64,000 bases of DNA, taken from contig JAJEIP010000019.1 in assembly GCA_022827885.1 (NCBI GenBank), positions 27,209-91,208 on the forward strand, in the 5' to 3' direction. The stretch comes from Candidatus Poribacteria bacterium (GTDB taxonomy: Bacteria; Poribacteria; WGA-4E; WGA-3G). The notes beneath the pieces are model-generated. The model worked only from the letters and a program-made list of their open reading frames with translations, made no database searches and was not told where the DNA came from. Of the stretch, positions 8,785-18,122 are shown one piece after another (the first letter of the stretch is position 1; every line of letters begins with the position of its first letter). Made by a program: the position numbers and the translations under genes.

Positions 8785-9510
8785 ATGAGAAATATTCTTG
8801 CAGTTTGCACAAAAGAACTCTATACCTATTTCGTTTCACCGATCGCCTATTTCGTCTGTTTCGTCTTTACAGCGATTTCGGGCTTCCTGTTCTCCATCCT
8901 GCTCATTAGTGCGAGCAACGTCGGCGGGACCGGCGGATACGTGATGGAAACCCTCTTTGGTAACATGGCGATTGTCTTACTCTTTTTCACGCCAGTGCTG
9001 ACAATGAAACTCTTTGCAGAAGAACGGAAATCGGGAACGATTGAACTACTCCTAACCTCCCCAATCACAGACGGGCAAGTGGTTCTCGGTAAATTCTTTG
9101 CGAGTTGCACACTGGTATTGATTATGCTTGGCTTAACGCTTCTGTTTCCACTCTTAACCCAACGTTTCGGTTATCTGGACAGTGGACTCCTTATGAGCGG
9201 TTATTTGGGTATCATCCTCATCAGTTCCTCCTTTCTATCATTAGGTTTGCTGATGTCATCAATGTGTAAAAACCAACTCGTCGCTGCGTTGACAAGTTTC
9301 GGGATCCTCATAACGTTATGGGTGATCGGCTCGCTCTCAGCGCGTGGTGGCCCCATAGCAAAATTTCTGAGTTACCTGTCGCTCCCTGAACACTACCGAG
9401 ATTTCTCACGCGGTATCATCCTTTTGAAAGATGTTATTTACTACGTCAGTTTCACATGTGTCTGCTTATTTGCGACGTTCAAGTCGATTGAGTCATCGAA
9501 ATGGAGATAG
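8785..9510 (+). CDS. ABC-2 type transporter permease (GldF-like)
   Basis: 241 aa with six predicted TM segments. N-terminal KELYTYFVSPIAY motif is typical of ABC-2 permeases. Followed by a GldG-like gene. Confidence 0.7.
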   Translation: MRNILAVCTKELYTYFVSPIAYFVCFVFTAISGFLFSILLISASNVGGTGGYVMETLFGNMAIVLLFFTPVLTMKLFAEERKSGTIELLLTSPITDGQVVLGKFFASCTLVLIMLGLTLLFPLLTQRFGYLDSGLLMSGYLGIILISSSFLSLGLLMSSMCKNQLVAALTSFGILITLWVIGSLSARGGPIAKFLSYLSLPEHYRDFSRGIILLKDVIYYVSFTCVCLFATFKSIESSKWR

Positions 9511-9513
9511 AAC

Positions 9514-11109
9514 ATGGAAGCGAATAAAAGGGTTATAGATCCACTTCTCGGTTTTCTAACGCTCATCTTCAGTTTTATAGCGATCGCCAGTTGGGTCTTT
9601 CAAGCGCGGCTCGTTTTTTGGATCTGTCTCTTGCTCGCGCTTGTCTCACTCGCCATTTTCGCACGCCTGCGATTTGCGGACTTCATGAATTTTTTCATCA
9701 GTCGTCAAGCGCGTTACGGAGCGAACGTGGCTTTGAGTATCGTTGGCGTTATCGGCATTTTGGTTTTTGTCAATGCCATTGTTATCCGGCAGTTCGATAA
9801 ACAGATAGATTTAACGAAGCTGCAGCTTTACACGCTTTCGGAACAAACGAAAACCGTTCTCAAAGACCTTAAAAAGGAAATCCAAGTCATCGCGTTCTTC
9901 AGCGACGACACCTCACAGTCAGCGGCACGTGCGAAAGATATGTTAGAATTGTACCAGCGTGAGACTGATTTTATAACCTTTTCATTTAAAAATCCTTACA
10001 TAGATCTCCAACTGAGCAACAAGTATCAACTGAGATACGATGGAACGATCATTTTCGACAGCGAAGACCGACACGAAAAAGTGACCACCGTTGAGGAACA
10101 GAAATTCACGAGTGCGATTCTCAAACTCATCCGAGATGAAACGAAAAAGGTCTATTTTCTCGTGGGGCACCAAGAACATGGAATCAATGACTTCAATAAC
10201 GACGGATATAGTGAAGTGCGGACAGAGTTAGAGAACCAGAACTATGCCGCGTTTCCTCTCTCGCTCTTGATAGAACCTGACATCCCAGCAGATTGTGAAC
10301 TGCTCGTCATTGCGGGTCCAAGAACCGCCTTGACGGCTAATGAAATTGGCATAGTGGGGAAATACTTAAGGCGTAGCGGAAAATTGCTCTTGATGCTCGA
10401 TCCATCGGACACCGCCGCAGAAGACGTGAACAGAGGGCTCGTTAGACTTATGCGGAGATGGGGGATTGCGATCGGAAACGACCTTGTCATCGACGAGACG
10501 CAGTTCGTCCCGTTGTTCGGACCCAAAGCACCGGTCCCAGGATTTGAACTGCACGAGATTACCCGCGCTATGCGAGATCCCGTAGCATTCCCCGTGACCC
10601 GTTCCGTTACACCTATAGCAGACAGAGTCTCGAACCTAAGCGTCAAATCGCTTGCCAAAACCGTTGGTGGGACAGACGACAGCTGGGGCGAAAAGCAACG
10701 CGACACGGACGGCACCTTCAGCGGTTCATTTACCTATACGCCCGGGGTAGACACACCACCCCCAGTCTCTGTTGCTATTGCCGCTGAGCAAAAAGTCGAT
10801 CAAAATAGCGATAGGGATGCCTCACGCGGTCCAACCCGAATCGTCGTTTTCGGGGACTCAGATTTCGCAGCGAATGCCGCTTTCAGAGAGGCGAACCGCG
10901 ACCTCTTTCTCTCTACGATCAACTGGCTGACATTAGAGGAGGATCTCATCGCGATCCGTCCTATCGACTTACAGGGACAAACGCTGCGCCAAATGCGCGT
11001 TCACGACACACGTTTAGTGCAAATCACCTCTGTTTTCCTGATACCTTCAATCGTCTTTATTGCTGGACTCATGGTTTGGTGGCAACGCCGTAAAGGAGAG
11101 GACGCGTGA
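9514..11109 (+). CDS. GldG-like ABC transporter auxiliary component
   Basis: 531 aa. N- and C-terminal TM anchors flank a large extracytoplasmic domain. Positioned directly after the ABC-2 permease. Confidence 0.6.
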   Translation: MEANKRVIDPLLGFLTLIFSFIAIASWVFQARLVFWICLLLALVSLAIFARLRFADFMNFFISRQARYGANVALSIVGVIGILVFVNAIVIRQFDKQIDLTKLQLYTLSEQTKTVLKDLKKEIQVIAFFSDDTSQSAARAKDMLELYQRETDFITFSFKNPYIDLQLSNKYQLRYDGTIIFDSEDRHEKVTTVEEQKFTSAILKLIRDETKKVYFLVGHQEHGINDFNNDGYSEVRTELENQNYAAFPLSLLIEPDIPADCELLVIAGPRTALTANEIGIVGKYLRRSGKLLLMLDPSDTAAEDVNRGLVRLMRRWGIAIGNDLVIDETQFVPLFGPKAPVPGFELHEITRAMRDPVAFPVTRSVTPIADRVSNLSVKSLAKTVGGTDDSWGEKQRDTDGTFSGSFTYTPGVDTPPPVSVAIAAEQKVDQNSDRDASRGPTRIVVFGDSDFAANAAFREANRDLFLSTINWLTLEEDLIAIRPIDLQGQTLRQMRVHDTRLVQITSVFLIPSIVFIAGLMVWWQRRKGEDA

Positions 11110-12914
11110 ATTTCAGGACGACCCTTATTATCATTGTTATCCTCGTAGGTATTGCAGGCGCGTATTTTCTATTTTTTCAGCAATCGCCAGAGAACGCATC
11201 AACACGCGAAAGACCACCGATCCACCAGGTTTACGATATAACGCGAGAACAGGTCCAACAGATGGAAGTCACGTTCACGGATACGGCATATCAAGACCTG
11301 AAATTGGTAAAAGACGCAACGGGAAACTGGCACCTAAAAAGCCCATTTCAGGCAGATGCAGACAGTGAAAAAGTGAACCAAATGTTAGATGACATACTCA
11401 ATAAACGCGTCAAGCAGACGCTTGAGGTAACAGCGTTGGCACAGTACGGATTGGATACCCCCAGCATCACACTTTCACTGTGGACAGAACAGGCATCACC
11501 CGCAGCAGTCTTCTCTATCGGTAAGAAAGCGATTAATTTCTCCGTCTATGTCAAAGAGAAATCCGAAGCACATATCTTTCTGATCGAATCCAGTGCGCTT
11601 GACGATCTGACGAAATCCCCGACAGACCTCCGGGACCGGTCGGTTATTAAGTTCAATACAGAAACGGTGTCCAACATTCAGTTGACGTATTTTAAGAGTC
11701 ATCAGTCATCTAAAACCCTTAATTGCGAAAAGCGAGACGGGACCTGGTTCGTCACGCACCCCATCGAAGCAAAAGCAGACACCCAAGAAATTGAGGATAT
11801 TCTTTCGGAGTTGCGTTCATTGCAAGTGTCAACATTTGAAGCCGACCAAGCAGACGCTGATACCCCAGCGCAATTAGAAAAGACCGGGTTAGACACGCCA
11901 CGCATCCAGATAGAATTGACAGATGGAAATAACACCCACGCGCTTGAGATCGGTGCAGAAGTCCGGCCAGAAAATGGGACTCCCAGACACGTCTACGTTA
12001 AATCCGTTTACCAACACGCTATCTACACCGTTAGTGACGACATTTATCAACTTCTCAGCACATCTGTTTTCGATCTGCGGGATAAAAGGATTATAGACTT
12101 TCAACGCACGGATACGATTCGCTTTGAAATTAAACAGGATCAAGAGACAACTGTCTGCTCCAAGAACCGTGATAACGCATGGGAATTACAAACGGCGACA
12201 GGAACAATGAAGGCAGATGCGCAAGCGGTGGACGATCTGTTGTTTGGCGTAGATTCCCTCAAAGCCGCTGCTTTCGTCGACAACCCTGCGAAAAACCTTG
12301 CGTCCTACGGCTTAGCGTCCCCGTCAATTGCGGTTGCCTTTACACAACGGGGTCAAGAAAAACCAGCGGTGTTGCATATTGGAGACGTTACTAAAGACGG
12401 AACCGTTTACGTTAAAGCCGAGCAGTCCGATCAAGTTGCCCGTGTCGAACGCGGCTTAATCGACAAGATTGCGCTCGGTGCGGCATGGTTAAGAGATAAA
12501 CAGGTTCTCAACTTCCACATTGATGACGCGATTCGGTTCACCTTGCACGGAGAAGAATCGCTGACATGCCAACGCCTCGGGACGAACTGGCGACTTACCT
12601 CACCGGTGAAAGAAGAGGCAAACAACACAGAAGTTAACGCTATCATCTACGAACTCGACGATCTGCGGGCAGACACTTATGTCCCGAGCGAACCTGTACT
12701 CACTGATGCGGTTACAGGCTTCAGCACCCCGCAGCTCCAGATTACCGTAGAATTGCGAAATCGGAAGGTATATACCTTGCAAGTTGGAAATCAGACGGAG
12801 GCATCTGGACGTTTTTACGCACGACTTCAACACGAACCGAATTTGATCTTTCTGCTCAACGCAGAACTCGTTCCGAAACTGAAAACGACACTTACACGGC
12901 TTCGGATGCCGTAG
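11106..12914 (+). CDS. DUF4340-like protein (third gene of the ABC-2/GldG cluster)
   Basis: 602 aa. 4-bp overlap with the upstream gene, N-terminal TM anchor, internally repeated beta-rich modules, and the canonical position after GldG-like genes. Confidence 0.55.
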   Translation: MNFRTTLIIIVILVGIAGAYFLFFQQSPENASTRERPPIHQVYDITREQVQQMEVTFTDTAYQDLKLVKDATGNWHLKSPFQADADSEKVNQMLDDILNKRVKQTLEVTALAQYGLDTPSITLSLWTEQASPAAVFSIGKKAINFSVYVKEKSEAHIFLIESSALDDLTKSPTDLRDRSVIKFNTETVSNIQLTYFKSHQSSKTLNCEKRDGTWFVTHPIEAKADTQEIEDILSELRSLQVSTFEADQADADTPAQLEKTGLDTPRIQIELTDGNNTHALEIGAEVRPENGTPRHVYVKSVYQHAIYTVSDDIYQLLSTSVFDLRDKRIIDFQRTDTIRFEIKQDQETTVCSKNRDNAWELQTATGTMKADAQAVDDLLFGVDSLKAAAFVDNPAKNLASYGLASPSIAVAFTQRGQEKPAVLHIGDVTKDGTVYVKAEQSDQVARVERGLIDKIALGAAWLRDKQVLNFHIDDAIRFTLHGEESLTCQRLGTNWRLTSPVKEEANNTEVNAIIYELDDLRADTYVPSEPVLTDAVTGFSTPQLQITVELRNRKVYTLQVGNQTEASGRFYARLQHEPNLIFLLNAELVPKLKTTLTRLRMP

Positions 12915-12936
12915 CCATTTTCTGTTAATTAGAAAT

Positions 12937-14145
12937 ATGCAGACCTATCTTATCGCAATCGCTTACTTTTTCGTTATCATTGAATTGCTGATTATTAGTA
13001 GGTCCTTTCGGTACGCTCGGCGCGAACGTAAGGCGGATCGACCGCCCTATACCCCCAAGGTGGCAATCATCGCGCCGCACTATGGATGGGATGCCGACAC
13101 AGCAGAACACGCCAAAGGACTTTTGCATCAAAATTACGCGGGCGAGTATGAAGTCTTCTTCGTTACACATGAAAAAGCAGATGTAGGACACGATATCTCT
13201 TACCCACACCTGTGTGACATTGCTGAGGCGCATTCGCACGTCCATGTGCTGCTCGCACCAAACATCGTTGAAAACAACCTGCCACGCTCACAAAAGGTGC
13301 AGAACCTCATGACAGCGATAGAAAAACTCCCAGACGATATCGAAGTCATCGCGTTTGTAGATGCTGATGTTGATATCCGAGAGGATTGGTTAACGCTGCT
13401 TGTGAATCCGCTCCAAGAACCAGACATAGGGACAACCGTGGGGGGCCGGTTCTATTTCCCGCAAACATGGAACATCGCCTCTCTGGTGGAAGCCATCTGG
13501 GTAAACTTCCAGATGAGTTTCCAAGGCGATCATCCATTTTCAATGGTCTGGGGTGGCTCTAACGCCTTCCGACGCGAGATGCTTGAGAAGGCACACATCC
13601 TTCAACGCTGGGAAGAAGCAACCATCGAAGACCTGAATACGACCCTTGCCATGCGAGATGTGAAGCACAAGGTGCATTTTGTCCCAGACTGCGTAGCGAT
13701 TACACGCACGTCTAATCGAACATGGCACCAAATTGTGGAATTTACGAACCGCCAGCTGATTATGACGCTGCACATGGGACTTTGGCGGCAGTGGCTCGCG
13801 AGCCTCATTGTGCTTCTACCGAAAGGTCTCTGTATATTCGGAGCGATTCCACTTCTATTCTATCGTGAAGGGGTGCTACCGATTGTTTTTATCCCGTTTC
13901 TGGAAGCATTTGGTTACAGGCTTTACGCCAAAAATCTACCCAAGTGGCTTCGCGAAATGCCGAAGATGCGGGAGACAATTGGCATAACCTCTTATGTGAC
14001 TTCAGTTTCGCTACTTCTCGGAGGCCTCAACGCCCTCTATGCAGTATTCCAACGCAAAATCACATGGGGCGGGGTGCGCTATGAAATTTTGTCTGCGACG
14101 AAATGTCGGGTTTTAGGAGCCGTAAAACCCAAAGACTTCGGTTAA
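12937..14145 (+). CDS. Family 2/21 glycosyltransferase (ceramide glucosyltransferase / HpnI-like), membrane-bound
   Basis: 402 aa. N-terminal TM, DxD motif (FVDADVDI), LQRW motif, C-terminal TM segments. Confidence 0.65.
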   Translation: MQTYLIAIAYFFVIIELLIISRSFRYARRERKADRPPYTPKVAIIAPHYGWDADTAEHAKGLLHQNYAGEYEVFFVTHEKADVGHDISYPHLCDIAEAHSHVHVLLAPNIVENNLPRSQKVQNLMTAIEKLPDDIEVIAFVDADVDIREDWLTLLVNPLQEPDIGTTVGGRFYFPQTWNIASLVEAIWVNFQMSFQGDHPFSMVWGGSNAFRREMLEKAHILQRWEEATIEDLNTTLAMRDVKHKVHFVPDCVAITRTSNRTWHQIVEFTNRQLIMTLHMGLWRQWLASLIVLLPKGLCIFGAIPLLFYREGVLPIVFIPFLEAFGYRLYAKNLPKWLREMPKMRETIGITSYVTSVSLLLGGLNALYAVFQRKITWGGVRYEILSATKCRVLGAVKPKDFG

Positions 14146-14150
14146 GGTTC

Positions 14151-14172
14151 AAAACGCGTTTGCGTTTTTTTT
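14151..14172 (+). terminator. Intrinsic terminator after the glycosyltransferase
   Basis: aaaacgc-gttt-gcgtttt hairpin followed by a T run. Confidence 0.6.
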
Positions 14173-14233
14173 CGTAATGTAGTATAGTATTGATGCAGGA
14201 AACCCACTACATTCATAAGAGGAGTAAAAAATA

Positions 14234-14647
14234 GTGGAAACCGAAAAAGTTATTAAATCGGAAAAAGAGTGGCAGGCACAACTCTCACCGGAAGAATATA
14301 AGGTAACTCGGAAGAAAGGGACAGAACGCGCCTTTACAGGAAAATACCACGATTGCAAAGAGAAAGGCATCTATCACTGTATCTGTTGCGGCAGCCCCCT
14401 TTTTAGTTCCGAAACCAAGTACGATTCTGGAACAGGATGGCCCAGTTTTTGGGAGGCTGTCTCCCCAGAATCCATTGAAACGAAATCGGATTTCAGTATC
14501 TTTTTCATGCCGCGCACTGAAGTCATTTGTAGCCGGTGTGACGCACACCTCGGACACGTTTTTAACGATGGACCGTCGCCGACAGGTAAACGTTACTGCA
14601 TGAATTCCGCGGCACTTACACTGGTAAAACCAGAAAATGAATCCTAA
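14234..14647 (+). CDS. msrB: Peptide-methionine (R)-S-oxide reductase
   Basis: GTG start with AAGAGGAG upstream. Two CxxC pairs ([21 protein letters not shown]) and the catalytic RYCMNS motif. Confidence 0.9.
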   Translation: METEKVIKSEKEWQAQLSPEEYKVTRKKGTERAFTGKYHDCKEKGIYHCICCGSPLFSSETKYDSGTGWPSFWEAVSPESIETKSDFSIFFMPRTEVICSRCDAHLGHVFNDGPSPTGKRYCMNSAALTLVKPENES

Positions 14648-14756
14648 ACCCTGTCGTTTAAGAATTATCGGTATCAGTCAAAAGTCTCGTTCAGCACAAT
14701 TTACCCTCTCTTGTTGGACACCCCGGAGCGGTAAATTATCACAGAGAACCCTCTTT

Positions 14757-14791
14757 ACTGAAAACTGACAACCGATAACTGATAACTCATA
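14757..14791 (+). repeat. Heptamer tandem array (ACTGAAA ACTGACA ACCGATA ACTGATA ACTCATA) in the 5' leader
   Basis: Five consecutive 7-nt units ending 1 nt before the AAGGAG RBS of the radical SAM gene. Confidence 0.85.
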
Positions 14792-14802
14792 AAGGAGCAT
14801 TG

Positions 14803-16023
14803 ATGGCACTACGTAGTCGAATTTCACCACGGTTTTTTGTCAATGAACTCGCCAGTGCTATGTCGGAAGATTGGGATACCTCCAGCAAGTTCGTTCGCTA
14901 TCAACTCGCCAAAGAAAGTTTCAATTGGCGACACCCCCTCGGTGCCAAACACGGCAAAGGCGACGCTATTCAACTGGTAAGCCTCCGTATTACCGATATG
15001 TGCAACCTCCGTTGCCATTCCTGTGGACAATGGGGCGATAATGGATACCTGCTCGGAAAGTCCATGAAAGAGCTGAAGCAGCGCGAGGTTCCGGTTGAAG
15101 TGTATAAAAACCTTGTGGATCAGATTGTGGATGCAGGCTGGTCCCCGGTGTGGTACATCTGGGGCGGTGAACCCATGCTTTATCCGGGCATCATCGAATT
15201 GATGCACTATATCAAAGAGCGAGGCATGCCTATATCACTGGTGAGTAACGCAACGAACATCGCCAGACGCGCCGACGATATTCTGGAAACCTGTAAAATT
15301 ATCTACCTCAGTGTTGATGGACCGAACGAGGAAATCCACAATACACAACGTCCCGGTCTAACGCCAAACTACGATAACTTCAAAGATGTCAAGGCTGCAT
15401 TAGAAACGCTCAGTGAAGCAAAAGCGAAACGGAATATAAAGTTTCCTTATATTATTCCGCTCAGCTGCGTCACAATGTATAACATTGACGTTGTCGTAGA
15501 TCTCTATAAATTCACGCATCAATACGCAGACGCGCAAATCTTTTACTTGACCTGGTGGATAGATTCCGAAGCGGCACAGGAACACACAGAAGATTTCGAG
15601 AAACGCTTCGGGTTCAAACCGCAAACCCATTATGGTTGGATAGGCACGTGGAAAGACTTCGATCACGGGGTCATCTTGGATCGTTTTGAAGAGATGGAAA
15701 ACATCTCCAACGAAAAGAGACGCTGTCCTCCGATCATGATGCCCCGACTCAACACACGGGGTGAAATCCAACGGTATTACACAGATCACGATCAAACCTT
15801 CGGATATAATCAGTGCGTCAGTATCTACATGACAATGGAGATCGATAGCAACGGTGATGTTAGCCTCTGTCGTGATTACCACGACTATATCATCGGCAAT
15901 ATCAAAACGGATAAGGTCGTTGATATGTGGAACAACCAGAAGGCGATGAAATTTCGACAGTCGGTGAGTAACGATGGACCGATGCCCGTCTGCCGCCGCT
16001 GCTGCGGATTGATGGGATTTTAA
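14803..16023 (+). CDS. Radical SAM protein with C-terminal SPASM-like Cys cluster
   Basis: CNLRCHSCGQWG (CxxxCxxC) about 70 aa from the N-terminus. C-terminal CRDYHDY ... CRRCCG cluster. ATG lies 5 nt after AAGGAG. Confidence 0.75.
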   Translation: MALRSRISPRFFVNELASAMSEDWDTSSKFVRYQLAKESFNWRHPLGAKHGKGDAIQLVSLRITDMCNLRCHSCGQWGDNGYLLGKSMKELKQREVPVEVYKNLVDQIVDAGWSPVWYIWGGEPMLYPGIIELMHYIKERGMPISLVSNATNIARRADDILETCKIIYLSVDGPNEEIHNTQRPGLTPNYDNFKDVKAALETLSEAKAKRNIKFPYIIPLSCVTMYNIDVVVDLYKFTHQYADAQIFYLTWWIDSEAAQEHTEDFEKRFGFKPQTHYGWIGTWKDFDHGVILDRFEEMENISNEKRRCPPIMMPRLNTRGEIQRYYTDHDQTFGYNQCVSIYMTMEIDSNGDVSLCRDYHDYIIGNIKTDKVVDMWNNQKAMKFRQSVSNDGPMPVCRRCCGLMGF

Positions 16024-16050
16024 TTTTACCTTGCGGTTCGGTTAGGATAA

Positions 16051-16071
16051 ACTCAAAACTGACAACTGCTA
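16051..16071 (+). repeat. Heptamer array (ACTCAAA ACTGACA ACTGCTA) in the 5' leader
   Basis: Three 7-nt units 20 nt upstream of the 16091 ATG. Confidence 0.7.
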
Positions 16072-16090
16072 ACACATTTGAGGAAACTTT

Positions 16091-16954
16091 ATGAAGATTG
16101 GTTTACGTATTCCCGGAACCGCTCGACAATTGCCCTTCGCAGATTTTTGTAAGTGGTGTGCGGATAACGGGTTTGAAGCCGTTGACATAGGAGAAACGAC
16201 CCCCGAAATTGTTCAAACCGCGAGAGATGCCGGGCTCGTGATCGGGTCTGCGGATCTCCCTGGTGTCAGCGACTTACTCAGTGCAAAAAAATCTAAACAG
16301 AAAGCCGGGGCATCGGCAGCAAAAGCCGCCATCGAAGCCGCTGCTGACAACGATGTCCATATTATGTTCTGCGTCTTTGTGCCAGAAGATGCGAGTCTCG
16401 GCAGAACCAAAAACTTTGATATTTGGAAGCGAACCATCCCACCTATCGCCGAATTCGCAGCCTCTAAAGGTGTAACCATTGCGGTAGAGGGATGGCCCGG
16501 TCCCGGTCCCGCCTATCCTGCTCTCGGTTGCACACCGGAGATGTGGCGTGCGATGTTCGCTGAGTGTTCATCTCCGGGATTAGGACTTAACTATGATCCA
16601 TCACACCTCGTCAGAATCGGGATCGACTATTTACGCGCCCTGAACGAATTCGCACCCTACGTCAAACACGTCCATGGAAAGGACACCGCCTTCGACGAAG
16701 AAGCCCTCTATCTACACGGCAATTTGGGACCGAGCCTGCAATCTGCAAAAGGTTTCGGTGAAGATTGGTGGCGTTATACGATTCCTGGCGATGGGATAGT
16801 GGATTGGCTGAGAGTGGTGCAACGCTTGGAAGACGAAGGTTTTGATGGTATCGTGAGTGTAGAACTTGAAGATTACCGGTATTGGCGAACGTGGGAATCA
16901 GAATCGGACGGTCTGCGCCGCTCACGCGAATTCCTCGCGGAGTTTGTTCGGTAA
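16091..16954 (+). CDS. Sugar phosphate isomerase/epimerase (xylose isomerase-like TIM barrel)
   Basis: 287 aa. AP_endonuc_2-like pattern with conserved metal ligands (YDPSH, VHGKD, VELED). Confidence 0.7.
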   Translation: MKIGLRIPGTARQLPFADFCKWCADNGFEAVDIGETTPEIVQTARDAGLVIGSADLPGVSDLLSAKKSKQKAGASAAKAAIEAAADNDVHIMFCVFVPEDASLGRTKNFDIWKRTIPPIAEFAASKGVTIAVEGWPGPGPAYPALGCTPEMWRAMFAECSSPGLGLNYDPSHLVRIGIDYLRALNEFAPYVKHVHGKDTAFDEEALYLHGNLGPSLQSAKGFGEDWWRYTIPGDGIVDWLRVVQRLEDEGFDGIVSVELEDYRYWRTWESESDGLRRSREFLAEFVR

Positions 16955-17024
16955 TCGCTCCCATGTTTGCAAAGTCGCACCGAGTTCGTTAGAAATGTAA
17001 CGGCGCAGCCAAGGAGAATTTACG

Positions 17025-17954
17025 ATGAAAGAAATTCTTAAGAAGGGCATGGAAGCTTCGCCTGAGAAGTACCTTCCACACCTAATTACAGAAGAGGAGC
17101 GCACGCACTTTGAAGAAAATGGGTATCTCTATGTGCCAAACGCGCTCTCTACTGAAATGCGGGAACAACTCGTTCACGCCGTTGACACCTTACACAATAA
17201 AGCACTCGCTTCGGGTAGAGCACAGCCCGGTTCGCACTGGGGGTGGTCGGACTTCTTAGGTGCCGATGAGGCGCTCTTGAACCTCATTGATTTGCCCACG
17301 ACGTTACCGAAAGTCTGGGGAATTTTGGGGTGGAATATCTACCTATACCACGCCCACATGCACGTTAAACCGCCAGCAGCATCGGATGCCGAAGAGGGCG
17401 CAGGATGGTTGGAATGGCACCAAGACAGCGGACGCGTTAACATCGAATTGGAAACCCAGCCACGTCCGCGTTTATCCCTGAAAGTGGCGTATTTCCTCAC
17501 AGATGTCTCTGAACCGGGCCGCGGTAACTTCTACATCCGTCCGGGCAGCCACCTGAAATCGGATATGAACGTTCCAACGGCGGAAATCAGCCGTGATCCG
17601 CGCGAAGCCACCGCAGACGATGTCCCTGACGATGCAATGCCGGTCTGCGTGGAACCCGGAACCGCCGTTCTGTTCGACAGACGGCTCTGGCACTCGCGGA
17701 GTCCAAACCACTCAGAAATGACTCGGAAGGCACTTTTCTACGGTTACGGCTACCGTTGGATCCGTCCGAAAGACGAGATGACAGTTGAACCGCTCTATGA
17801 ACGGTGCGATGCGATCCGGCGGCAACTGCTCGGTGCCGCGACCCGAAACAATGGGCGCTACGTTCCTTCGGAAGACGATGTGCCGCTGCGCGGATGGCTC
17901 CTTGAAAATCTTGGGGACGATCCTACCTTTGCGATGGGACCCCGGCATGCTTAA
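17025..17954 (+). CDS. Phytanoyl-CoA dioxygenase (PhyH) family Fe(II)/2-oxoglutarate oxygenase
   Basis: 309 aa. WHQDSG (HxD), IRPGSH and LWHSRSPN motifs. Confidence 0.75.
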   Translation: MKEILKKGMEASPEKYLPHLITEEERTHFEENGYLYVPNALSTEMREQLVHAVDTLHNKALASGRAQPGSHWGWSDFLGADEALLNLIDLPTTLPKVWGILGWNIYLYHAHMHVKPPAASDAEEGAGWLEWHQDSGRVNIELETQPRPRLSLKVAYFLTDVSEPGRGNFYIRPGSHLKSDMNVPTAEISRDPREATADDVPDDAMPVCVEPGTAVLFDRRLWHSRSPNHSEMTRKALFYGYGYRWIRPKDEMTVEPLYERCDAIRRQLLGAATRNNGRYVPSEDDVPLRGWLLENLGDDPTFAMGPRHA

Positions 17955-17968
17955 TCCGCAATTTTTTA

Positions 17969-17991
17969 GGGCGAGGTCATGCACCTCGCCC
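17969..17991 (+). terminator. Hairpin terminator (GGGCGAGGT-catgc-ACCTCGCCC)
   Basis: 9-bp GC-rich stem 15 nt after the PhyH stop codon. T-rich sequence on both flanks. Confidence 0.55.
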
Positions 17992-18122
17992 CCTATTTCT
18001 AAGGACAAAAACGTACATCTGCATTTACAGACATGTACCACTCTCACTGAGGATCGACTTTACCTGAACAGAAACGATCACAGTCTTAGTTAATAATTAA
18101 ATAGATCAAAATGGAGGCAGAA

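Noticed and set aside
11060-11368. 102-aa ORF spanning the GldG-like/DUF4340-like junction.
   Set aside because: It is out of frame with both well-supported genes, which overlap by 4 bp. It is Arg-rich shadow sequence.
14803-16023. Calling the radical SAM protein an anaerobic sulfatase-maturating enzyme outright.
   Set aside because: Only the generic CxxxCxxC and C-terminal Cys clusters are visible. It is 15 kb from the sulfatase and has an atypical N-terminal extension. It is kept as a generic radical SAM/SPASM call.
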